This document shows positions 39,881 through 51,912 of a stretch of 64,000 nucleotides of DNA, one piece after another (position 1 is the stretch's first letter; each line of letters starts with the position of its first letter). The position numbers and the translations under genes are program-made. The stretch lies in NCBI GenBank assembly GCA_035221665.1, contig CM069154.1, positions 6,076,001-6,140,000 on the forward strand, written 5' to 3'. The DNA is from Okamejei kenojei (Eukaryota). The notes under the pieces are model-generated. The model saw nothing but the letters and a program-made list of their open reading frames with translations. It had not been told where the DNA came from and ran no database searches.

Positions 39881-42311
39881 TGCCTTTCACCTGGAATAAA
39901 ATGGTGCACAATACAATAATAAATCCTTGTTGTCACCAAACCAGTTGCTTCAAATCCAAAACCGCATTTTTTTTAATCTGTCAAGTTTATGTCTTCTTTT
40001 CTTGAATTTACAATAAACGATTTCTCCTTTATCAATTCCTATCCAGCTTCACTTTTTCATATCTTTAGGTGTTCCCCTCGGTGTTCCTCTTGGCATGCCT
40101 GCATTCTGTAAGAAACACGCAGCGAGGTTGATTCACTGCAAAACAGCTCCTGCATTAATGATGGAACAGTGTATCTTTAGACCCACAGAAGGGCACAACT
40201 TATACAGGTACGGTTATTTTCCTCTTCTAATTATTACCCTTTACCTCTTTCGGACTGTGCGTTGCATTTGTCTTATCTGATTGTTCGATATCATTGATAT
40301 AAATGCAATGTACAGGCCTAGAGGTGAAACATTTGGACAATCATATTAATTCCACAGATTAACTACCCTCTGACTAAAGAAGTTCCTCCTCACCTCCGTT
40401 CTAAAAGAGCACCCTTTAATTCTGAAGGCTATGACCTCAGATCCTAGACTCTCCCACCAATAGAAACATCCTTTCCACATCAACTCTATGCTTTTCATTA
40501 TTCTGTAAGCTTCAATGAGGTCCCCCCTCAACCTTTTAAACTCTAACGAGCATGGGCCCAGTGCTGTTAAATGCTGACAATAGAGAATGCGTAAAGATAT
40601 CAGAGTCCAGTTAACCAAGAGAGTGCCAACATAATGCTTACTGACAAGATTTTACTAATACTCAATATTTGTTTCCCAGCTCTTATTTCGAAAGCCTAAC
40701 AAGCCCTCTGTATAGATTCATAGAACAGGAAGAAGGCAGCAGGAAGGTTGATCATGAGACTAGGCCAAGCCTGCACAAAACATATGGCCGGAAGAGTTTC
40801 AAATTTCTGTTTCCTCATAAAAATTGATGTGTGTCTGATAGGAACTACGCAAATTCAGTCAATGCAGTCAATAAATAGAGGAATATATTTGACAGTGTAA
40901 TCCAAAATAAAATGACAAGTACAAATCTTGGCAGAAATGGATAACAACAATCCAATGGTGAAATGAGGAACAACATGTTCTCAGTTACTCGGAACAGAAA
41001 TGTGGAAATAGACAGAAGGAAGCTAGATTGTGAAACCACCGTGTGCTCGTTTTTAGAGACTGACCGTCAGAGTTTGAATTTCACAATGTGTAATTGACAA
41101 ATTTAAAAAAATGTTTTTCATATTTTGATGGGTGGCACAGTGGTGCAACTAGCAGAGCTTACAGAGGAGAGAGACCCGGGTTCGAGCTGACCTCGGGTTC
41201 TCTCTGTGACCGCGTTGGTTTTCCCCAAAAAGGTTTTCCTGCTACATCGAAAAGACTTGCGAGTTTGTAAACTAATTGCCCTCTGTAAATTGCCCTGAGT
41301 GTTAAGGAAGTGTGTCGACACTTGTGCTTGAACGTTTGATAGATGATCAGCGCGGACTGATTGGGCGGAAAAACCTGCTACATCTCTGAACGAATCTTCC
41401 AATAATATAACATGATGCAATGCGTTAACGTGTTAACAGGTTTGGAGAATAGCAACACAGGGGATTCCAGCGAATTGTGTGGTGAGCCGGGAAAGGTTGT
41501 TCTTAACCCATCCAAAAATGTTGGGTATCAAAGGAAACTTGTCGCCAGCTGCACAAGGGATGTAGATTAGAGCCACAGGTGAAGCGGGCAATCACTTTCA
41601 ATTACCCTCAATTCCTTAGACATTACCAATCCTGATGACACCTTAATCCTGCCTCGTTCATCTTCCTGTCGGTCAATTAAAGTTGGATTCCTTTTTGTTC
41701 GTTGAGTTCAATGGAGAGGACTTTAGAGTCATACAGTGTGGAAACAGGCCCTTCAGCCCAACTTGCTCACACCGGCCAACATGTCCCAGCTACATTAGTC
41801 CCACCTGCCCGCGTTTGGCCCAGATCCCTCCAAACCTGTTCTCGGCAATGTACCTGTCCAACGGTTTCTTAAATGTTGGGATAGTCCCTGCCTCAACAAC
41901 CTAATCTGGCAGCTCGTTCCATACACTCAATACCTTGTCTATGAAAATGTTATGCGCCAGATTCCTAGTAAACCTTTTCCCCGTCGCATTAAACCTACTC
42001 AAATTTATTGTGTGATATTTCATCGGCCACTTTCACATTTCCTGTTGCATTCTTCCACGTTTATATTGCATTAATATCTGTGGTCTTAAGAAATAATTTC
42101 GGTCTGAGGCCAAATAGCTGAACAAATAGCTTTGACCTGCTTGTTTGGATAAAACCATGTGGATTCTGATACTTCTCATTAGCTACCTGCCCGGTGAGTG
42201 ACTGTGAAAGTTGGATATTCCAATAATCAGTGTTAGTTTGGGTCGCGTTCAAGTCTTTTAGCCTCGCCTGCTGCATTATGTGCTACCCATAGGAACCCCC
42301 TACCCTTTCCT

Positions 42312-45300
42312 TTTTTTCTTTTAGAATCTTTTTATTATTTTTTTTTCCAAAAAACAAATACAAAACAAAAAACAAAGCAAAAAGAATAATGATAAACAGA
42401 ACAATGATATTGATACATTGGGATCAGGATTACATTAATAACAGGTATAAGCTAAATATGAGTCCAGTATCAAAATACACATTGAATATAGACCTCCCAT
42501 TCTCCATGCACATATAGTTAAATGTTTAAAAGAAAACTTATATACGTAGAAAAAAAAACAAAAAGATAAAAAGGAAAAAAAAAGAAAAAGAAAAAAGGAA
42601 GAAACAAAAATCCCCCTAAACTAGAAAAAAAAAGCAAAACAGAATCTGAGCTGAGAATTTCAACAATTTAAGTTCCTGTTTGTCGTCAAGTCCGTTCCAC
42701 CATATAAAGGTAAAATAATTTTTATAGCGTTTGGAGAGGGAGCAATTTATGTTGTGTGAAAATGTTGAATAAATCTTCCCCAAGTCTTATTTAACCAAGG
42801 GTTCAACAATGTCACTCCTGATTTTTTTTAAAATTTAAACATGATATCGTTTCAGAGTACTAATGGAGTGTGGTCGGCGGGTTAGAATCTTTCCATTTAA
42901 ATAAAATAGATCTTCTGGCGATTAATGTGGTAAAAGCAAACAGCCGATGGGCGGAACGGGACAAATTAATAGAATCTAACATTGGTAGCCCAAAAATTGC
43001 AGTAATAGGATGAGGTTGTAAATCAATACCTAAAACTACAGAAATAGTATCTACATTTTCTTTCCAATATTTTTCCGAAAGTTGGCAGGACCAAAACATG
43101 TGGGTCAGTGAGGCCAGTTCAGAGTTACATCTATCACAGGTAGGATTTATATGACCATAAAAACGAGCTAACTTATCTTTTGACATATGAACTCTGTGAA
43201 CCACCTTGAATTGTATCAGAGCGTTTCTTACACACATTGAGGAAGTATTCACTAATTGAAGAATCCTCTCCCATTTCTCTATAGATAGAGAAATTTGGAG
43301 TTCTCTTTCCCAGTCATTCTTAATTTTATCAAATATATCTATTTGTATTTTTAAAATCAACTCATAAATAGTCGTTATTTATCCTTTCTGATAAGGGTTC
43401 AAATGTAAATTTTTTGCAAGTTTTCAGTTTGATGTGGTAGTGGAAATAAAGGGAAGAGTAGCCTTCAAAAATGTCTATTTGTCAATATCTAAAAAAGTGT
43501 GAATTAGGTAAATTATATTTTTTGGAGAGCTGTTCAAAAGATATAAAACAACCATCCAAAAACAAATCACGAAAAGCTACTCATCCCTTCCTCTTCCACA
43601 ACTGAAAGGCTTGACCAGTACTAGAATGTTGGAAGAGAAAATTAGATATGATAGGACTCGATAAGATAAAGTCATTCAGTCCAAAAAACTTACGAAATTG
43701 AAACCATATTCGAAATGTATGTCTTATTATTGGGTTAGTCGTATATTTATTCAATCTCCAAATTGTAAAAGGTAACGAGGCCCCTAGAATAGAAGCCATG
43801 ATAGCCCTTCTGTAGAATCACATTCAAGATTGATCCATCCTGGACATTGGGTATCTTCTAAATATTTTGTCCAAAACGTTAAATGACGAACATTAACTGC
43901 CCAATAGTAGAATCTAAGGTTCGGCTGTGCCAAACCACCATCTTTTTTAAAATTTCTGTAAGTATTTTTTACTTAATCTGGATTTTTTATTCTGCCATAT
44001 ATATGAAGAAATTTTTGAATCAATAATATCAAAGAAAGATTTGGCAATAAAAATTGGTATCGTCTGAAATAAATACAAAAATTTAGGTAAGATAAACATT
44101 TTAGTAGCATTGATTCGGCCGATTATAGATAAGGACATTGGTGACCGTTTAGTAAACTGTTGTTTGATATGGTCAATTAAAGGCATAAAATTAGCTTTAA
44201 ATAAATCCTTGTGTTTCTTGGTAATCTTAATTCCAAAATAAGTAAAATTTTCGGTAGTCAATCTAAGTGGAAACTGTCCATAATTCAAAACTAAATTATT
44301 TAATGGAAAAAGCTCACTCTTTCTAAGATTTAGTTTATAATCAGAGAAACTACTAAATTGATTAAATAATGCTACTATTGCCGGAATAGATTTCTCATGG
44401 TTTGAAATAAATAATAACAGATCATCTGCATATAGAGATAGCTTATGTGTCTTATTCCCATGGACAATACCAAAAATATCAGGGGATTCCCTAATAGTGG
44501 TGGCCAAAGGTTCCAAAGCAATATCAAACAGTAAAGAAAGGACAGCCCTGTCTAGTACCTCGAAAGAGCCTGTGTGTAATGATTTTTAATAAAGCTGATC
44601 TTCAGAAAGAAATTGCGGTAAAATGTTTTCCAATCTCATAGCTAATATTTTGGAAAGAATTTTGGAATCTACATTTAACAGTAATATAGGTCTATATGAT
44701 GTCACTTCAGTAGGGTCTTTATCATTTTTAAGAACTAAAGAAATAGATGCTTCATAAAAGGATTGTGGTAATGTATTCCTTAAAAAGGCTTCTTTAAAAA
44801 CCTTGCATAGCCAGGGAGATATTAAACTTGAAAAATACTTTATACATTCTACTGTAAACCCATCTAAACCAGGAGCTTCACCAGAATTCATTGAAAGGAT
44901 TGCTTTCTTAATTTCTTCCTCCGTGAAGGGTTCATCTAACAACAGAGACTCATTACGTGGTAAATTTGGCAAGTTCAGTTTCTTTAAAAACTCATGCATT
45001 TTATTGGAATCAGTAGGAACTTCTGATTGGTATAGGGAGGTATAAAATTCCTGAAAGGCTTTATTAATTTCGTCATGGTCTACAGTTAGTGTACCATCCT
45101 GTTTACTCACTTTAGTAATCTGACGTTTGGCCCACACCACTTTCAACTGATTAGCGAGTAATTTACTAGGTTTTTCACCATGTATATAAAATTGACTTCT
45201 GGTTTTAAGTAGCTGGTTCTCATTCGCCGATACTAATAACAAAACATATCTCAATTGAAGTTTAACTCTATTCTTATGGAGCTCTAAACCAGGAACCTTT

Positions 45301-47928
45301 GATTATTTTTATCAATTTCTTTAATCACGTCAGCCAATTTACGTATTTGTTTCTGAGTTGTATTTTTTAATCCTGCAAAGCATTAAATAATTTGTCCACG
45401 AATATATGCCTTAAAAGCATCCCAGACTACACCATTGGATATTTCTTCAGTAGAGTTTGTCAAGAAGAAGAAAACAATCTGATCTTTAATAAAATTAACA
45501 AAATTTAAATCTTGAAGCAAAGTAGCATTAAATCGCCATTGTTTTGCACTAAATTTGGAATCTGGTAGTTTGATTGATAGTTTCAATGGTGCATGAACAG
45601 AAAGAGCAATTGTGTCATACTCACATGCAGTGACCGATAAAGAAAGTCGAGAATCTATTATAAAGTAGTGAATCCTAGAATAACTATGATATATATGAGA
45701 AAAAAAGAAAATTCTTTGTCATTTGGGTGTAAGAATCTCCAAACTTCTAACATTCCAGAATCAAGTAAAAAAAAAATGCTAAAACTAACTGATTTATTTG
45801 GAAGCACATGATCAGATGTAGATTTGTCAATCAAGGGGTTCAAACAACAGTTCAAATCTCCACCCATTATTAAAAAGTGTTCATTTAAATTAGGAAAGGA
45901 TGCAATTAACTGTTTAAAAAACTCAGGGTGATCAATATTTGATGCATAAACATTCACCATAGCAACCTTTTGGTTATAAAGAACACCAGTAATCACAAAA
46001 TAACTACCACATGGATCAGAAATTATTTCATAATGAACAAACGGAATTGAGGAGTCAATAAAAATAGAGACTCCTTTCACCTTAGCCTGTGAATTTGAAT
46101 GAAACAGCTGTCCTCTCCAAAACTTGAAAAATCGTTGATTGTCATCTTGCCTTACATGACTTTCCTGAACAAAAATAATCTCAGCATTTAGTCTACGAAG
46201 AACTTTAAAAAAGGTTTCCTCTTAATGGGATGGTTCAATCCATTCACATTCCACGAAAGGAAGTTAATAGCTTTATCCATATTGTTTGTAGAAATCATGT
46301 GGGAGGTAAAGGGTTCATTTCTTAAAGCCTAATAGTTCATGATACTAGAAGAAGAAAAATCTAGGGCGGAGCCAGAAGTGACGACATTTCAGACATTTTT
46401 GTATTTCAGATTCTGCACAAATGAAAAACACTTATTATGAAACAAAAGACCCCTCCCCCCCCCCCCCACCCACCCATGTAAAGCCCGAAACCGCCCAAAA
46501 GACAGTCACTAAGCTACCTAATCCCTTCCATATTCCCATCTCTCCTAACAACAGCATCCAGCGTAAAAATAAGCACATCTGCCACTCAATAGCCAAAACA
46601 CGGTCAATGTTCTGGTTTGAAAAAATAAGTACATATTGACAGTGGAGCTGAAGAGCAAGAGCTACTTCATATTATTTATCCAAGGTCAAAATATAAAAAA
46701 CAAGAACTGCGTTCACCTAATGTATCTAAAGACAGGGGGAAAACAAATTCCTTCAACTTTAAAAATAGAAAATCTAACAGATAAATTCTTGAAAATTAAT
46801 ATATATATAAAAGAAAAACAACTCGTCCAGTTAAATTCTTAATCATTACCAAACGATATATTGTCAAAATAGGAACAGTAACTCTCCAATTATAACTTAA
46901 TCAGCTATCAGCTACTCCCCTTCACCCTCGTAAGCCTCCAGAAAGCTGGAAGCGTCTTGAGGATTGTTAAAAGATCAAATGTTACCATTAGAAAGTCGTA
47001 TACACCGTCTAGCTGGATAAAGTAAGGCTGGGTGCAACTTTTTCTGAAACAAATCAGACATTACATTATGGAAAGACTTTCTTATTTCCAAAAGCTTGTA
47101 ACTATAGTCAAGAACAAACCAAAACTTGCATCCTTCATATTCAACCATTCCCAACTTTTTTGCTGCCTGGAGAATATTCTCCTTCATTGGCACGAAGTGA
47201 AACCGAATAATCAAATGTCTCGGTTTATTAGCAGATTTCTTCCCAAACCTGTGTGCGTTATCCAAAAATGGAAGATTTTCATAGTGCTCAATGTTGAAAG
47301 TCTCCTTTATCATATTAGAAGCATATTTTATAACATTATCTCCTTCTTGATCCTTCTGGCAAACCAACAATTCGCAAATTCATTCGACGGCTTCTGTTTT
47401 CCAGATCCATATTTTTGTTCTTGTATTGTCGGAGTGCTCAAGTATTTTCATTTATTCTCGGTTCCAGTTTTTCAATCTTCACATCTCTCTCCTGGCCCAG
47501 GGTTCGCAAGTTATCAATTTGTTCCTTCTGTTCAAGAGATTCATCTTGTAACACAATCAGCTTGTCTTGAACTTCCTTCAATTTGCTCGAAACTCCTTTC
47601 ACCATTTCTTCCAATCTGCACAATTTTGTTTTAATTTCATTTTTCAGTTAATCGTTCATTCTCGATATTGCTTCTAAAATACTAGTCAGAAGCTGTGGCT
47701 GTGGCTGTGGCTTTCCCACGTTCCTTCCTTGGGGAGCCTCCTTTCCTTCTTGTCCCCATCCTTTTCACGATTAAGGCGTATAAAAGTGTTATCAACACTT
47801 CATGAAAAGTTACACCGTGCCTTAAAGTCAAGTAATAACAAGTAACATTGAAAGAGTGCTAAGTAAAGGTTAAAAGTTAAGGGAGCAAACAAATTTGCAA
47901 CCTTTACAGCATGCTGCCACTAGGAGAG
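42312..47928 (-). mobile_element. Full-length degenerate L1 LINE
   Basis: ORF1 remnants at ~46975-47760 (PRHLIIRF, LLYPAR). ORF2 from ATG 46280 with AP endonuclease (SWNVNGL, MGGDLN), RT (YRPILLLN, LYADDLL) and Cys-rich end (CDRC...HMFWSC). Poly-A seen as a T-run at 42312-42346. Degenerate ~15-bp TSD (cccctaccctttcct / tccttaccatttcct). Confidence 0.92.
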
Positions 47929-49699
47929 TCCTTACCATTTCCTATCACACAATTTCTGTCCCGGGCCTCCTCCGTTGCCAGAGTGAGGCCACATGAAAAC
48001 TGGAGGCACAGCACCTTATATTGCACGCACAACTTACAACACAACAGTTTGCACATCCAATTCTCAAATTTCAAGTAACAAACACCTATCGCCCCTCTCT
48101 TCACTCTGTTTCCCACTGCATTCCCATGCGCATCAAGTTCTTCTGTCATCTCCCACCCCTACCCCCTTTACCATGTCTATTTACCTTCTGTGGTACAGTC
48201 ATCTGCTCTCCTCGGGTCCTCATATTTCACTTTAATCCCCCAATTTCCCCTCGTCTCTTGTCAATTCCACCTCTATCCCAACCGCTTGGCTTTACATTTC
48301 ACTATTCTTACTCGACTACTCTGAACCTCTTTTCACATCTTCCATAATCACTTATTCCATCCATCTGCCAATCAAGAAACTACCTGTATCCACCTATCAC
48401 TTGCCAGGCTATTTTTCCATCCCTTTGTCTTTTCCAGCTTCCTCCCCTCCCGCACTCGGCTGTCCACTCCAACTACTCTGAATACGGGTCCCGACCCAAA
48501 ACGTCGCCTGTCCATTCCAGATGTTGCCTGGCCCGCTGAGTTCCTTCAGCACTTTGTGTTATGGCTAAATGTATAGACTTGTAAATGTAGAAAATACACC
48601 GAAAATATAACTGAACATAGTGACAACGTGGTCTTCTATCGGTACCGTTGCATCACACAAATCGGAATCAACTTTTCGGAAATTATGCATGAAAAAATAG
48701 GGGATTATACTTGAAAAATGTTTGCACGGTCTATAAATGCGCCCATTTCCATTCTTAAAATGTGTTTTATTGCTCTCCGACTGTCATTGTGTCAGTCGCA
48801 GAGGAATAATATCCACGAGCATCGTGTCCAAATTACAATAGTCTTTGCCCTTTATTAACACAGTGTCCGATTGTACACCAACCTCAATTCCATTGACTCC
48901 ATCTGCACTTTGCGTTGCCTTGGCAGGGACACCAGCCTAATCAAGGTCCCTTCTCACCCCAGACATCCCCCCCCCCCACTTATCCCCTCTGCAATGAGGC
49001 AAGAGGTTTAGAAATGTGAAAATGCTTCCCCCCAGATTCAGGGTCAGTTTCTTTCCAGCTGTTATCAGGCGACTGAACAATCCTTGCACAACTAAACAGC
49101 GGTCTCAACTGAACTCACATCTATCTACCTCATTGAAGACCGTCACTGTAATCATGGCTGATCATCCACATTCAATACCCCCTTCCTGCCTTCTCCCCAT
49201 ATCCCCTGACTCTGTTATCTTTAAGAGCTCTATATAACTCTCTCTCTCTCTCTCTCTCTCTTGCTCTGGTTTCCTCCCACATTCCAAAGATGTACAGGTT
49301 TTTAGGCACCTGTAAATTGCCCCCACTTTGTCAAATGTGAAAGTGGGATAACATTGAACTACTGTGAACGGGTGATTGATAGTGTGGACTTGTTTGGCCC
49401 GAAGGGACTGCATCCATTCTGCATCTCTAAACAAACACCCAGGAGCACAACACATCGCCCGCCATTATCAATCTCCAGACATGAAACGAGACCCGCTCTG
49501 AGATCAACGTCCCAGCAATGAGCACGCCCATCACTGTTTAGATCAAATCCCGCCCACGTCGGCATGTCTCGCCCACCACAAGTTGCTTGCCAATGAGCCG
49601 TCCCTGTCCAGGGCCCATCGGTGAAATGGGCGTGGGGCTCTGCCATCTGTCCTGAAGACATCTGTAGCCAACCTGCAGCATAGACATGGTGGTCCTCTC

Positions 49700-50434
49700 T
49701 CAACTACAGAAGGAAACGATTCCACAGGTGTGTCCAGAGTTGTCACAATTCCTTCTGTGCCATTGCACCTTCTGCACCATCAGAGCTTTACGGCGTGCAA
49801 AGGAGCAAGCTCACAGGCTATTCCCAGCTGGCAAAGTCACCATTGTGGACAAAAAGTATTCGGCATTGCCCCACTAATCTTCATCAATACTCGTCAGTTA
49901 ATTACTAACTGATGCTATGTTAAAGATGGATTATTACTATATACCATCTTTAGTTACGGAGGCGGATGGGGTTTGCATGAGTTACCTATTCACATTAGGT
50001 GCATTCTGTGGATAAAGGTTGTGCGAATATGCATATCTGCATGCTCAAGTCTAACTTGATACACTCTGGTGCTATTATATGTAAATCACATGGGTGCAAT
50101 CTAGTAAAAGTATCCGGTAATAGTTTACCTAACTTCATTGGCATTGGCATATCAGCAGGAAAATGAGAATGGATGTGGAATCGCCAGGATTTAAGGTACG
50201 TGGCGATGGATGCATTTCTCGCTACACTGAGGGGTAATGTTCATTGTGTCCATCCATTTACCTTACCAGACGGTCTTGCTAATTCAACTTCCCGCTTCAG
50301 ACATTTTGGAGTGCCTGACTGGCCAATACAGCCATGATCCCGCTGATGTTGGGTATTATGATAGAACCTTATATGGATTGCAGGCACAAAATGGCTGGTT
50401 AGCCGTGACCAGGGAACCATCCCCTGCATACTTT
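49700..50434 (+). mobile_element. Old degraded DIRS1 element, left part (RNase H/MT remnants); left boundary uncertain
   Basis: Frameshifted remnants of YxNHMG, DAFSLH and VPDWPIQP on the + strand. Confidence 0.65.
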
Positions 50435-50938
50435 AATAGTAAGATTAAATGAGAACTTACCAGTTCGAAGTTTGATCTGTATTTTATGAGGAGTTACGAT
50501 GAGGGATTACGTGAAGATCCCGTCCAGCACGCATGCGCGACATTTCTTCAAAGCAGCGGTGTGGATTCACAGAAAACACAACAATTGAAATAAATATAGT
50601 AAAGAAAAAAATAAGAACTTAATTACCAGTTGATCTGTATAATAGAGGGTGGGAGCGGAGGGCACGTAATCCCTCATCGTAACTCCTCATAAAATACAGA
50701 TCAAACTTCGAACTGGTAAGTTCTCATTTAATCTTACTATTTTACTTCGGAGTCACGTGAGTGACTACGTGAAGACTTCAAAGCTCTGTGAATCCGAACC
50801 GTGTACCAGCTCATGCTTCACTCACTGCCTGAAGACCTTAGAGGGAGGAAGCATGTTATACAATCAACAATAACCTGTTTGTGAACAAAAAAGGTTTATT
50901 AATAACAACAAAAAACAGAGAGCTCCCCCGGGCTTAAA

Positions 50939-51868
50939 TTAAATATTATCTGCAGACTCTAAAATTCTGTCTGCAAATGTAGCAGGCTCCGCCAGCGGCT
51001 TATTATAAAACCTTTGGAAAGTTCTTTCCGAGGACCATCCTGCTCTGGCCAGAATATGGTCCATAGGCACATCCATTTGCCTAGCCGCCGACGTAGATGC
51101 AGCCCTGGTGGAATGAGATTTGTACACATTAGTATCGATTCCCGCGGACTTAAGCACCTGCTTGAGCCACCTTGAAATGGTTTGGCTCGTCACCTGACCA
51201 TGAGGCTTCTTGTGGCTTATCCATAAGGCTTTTTCTCTCCCTCTTAAGTTATATGTTGTGTCTATGTAGTTGGCGAGATGGGTCTTGGCACACAACCGTG
51301 GGTCAGGTAAATATGCCCGGAACTCCATAACTGGAGGCGTGGTACCTGGTCTAGATTGTTTGACCAGCCCCTGAATGTGAAATGTGATACAGTCCAATGA
51401 CTCTGTCATGCTGTCCAGCCTCAGAAGGTGGAGGGACTGTACCCTTTGAGCTGACACTAGAGCCATGAGCATGACTGATTTCAGTGTAAGTTGTTCCAGA
51501 GTAAGTGACCTGGGTGGTGGCCATCCCCTAAGGTACGTCAGTACTATGCTGACATCCCAGATCTGAGTGTACCTAGGCCTAGGGGGATTGGTGTTAAAAA
51601 TGCCCCTCATGATTTTGGCCACTAGTGGATGGGACCCCAAAGTCAGTTGTCCTGCTGCTGGAACCAAATAAGCTGACAACGCACTCCTGGCTGTATTAAT
51701 GGCGCTGTAGCTGAGTCCTTCCCGATGTAATCCAAGCAGAAACTCCACAACACTGGTGGCTGTAGCTGTGGTGTAGGTAGTTCCTGTTTTGGAGCAATAC
51801 CGTTCCCATTTTCTTATATTGGTCAGGTATTGTCTCCTGGTGGACTCCCGGTGAGATGCGGTCATCAT
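50939..51868 (-). CDS. DIRS ORF3, tyrosine recombinase
   Basis: Catalytic pattern SAQR, HSTR, GW, FQRFY. The frame opens at ~51940 and the first ATG is at 51868. Confidence 0.95.
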   Translation of the reverse strand: MMTASHRESTRRQYLTNIRKWERYCSKTGTTYTTATATSVVEFLLGLHREGLSYSAINTARSALSAYLVPAAGQLTLGSHPLVAKIMRGIFNTNPPRPRYTQIWDVSIVLTYLRGWPPPRSLTLEQLTLKSVMLMALVSAQRVQSLHLLRLDSMTESLDCITFHIQGLVKQSRPGTTPPVMEFRAYLPDPRLCAKTHLANYIDTTYNLRGREKALWISHKKPHGQVTSQTISRWLKQVLKSAGIDTNVYKSHSTRAASTSAARQMDVPMDHILARAGWSSERTFQRFYNKPLAEPATFADRILESADNI

Positions 51869-51912
51869 GTTGATGGCGTCCTCAGACAGTCCCAGGCCCA
51901 GTAGAGGTCTTT

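Larger units (their letters stand above)
36150..48440 (+). repeat. Segmental duplication, copy 3 (older, interrupted by L1)
   Basis: Colinear with ~24220-34360. Lacks the CR1 cluster of copies 1/2 and the 32.2-33.8 kb CR1; carries an L1 at 42.3-47.9 kb. Confidence 0.85.

Noticed and set aside
50435-50775. CRISPR-like or stand-alone structured ncRNA
   Set aside because: The inverted repeats are fully explained by DIRS ITR/ICR architecture; there is no repeat-spacer array.
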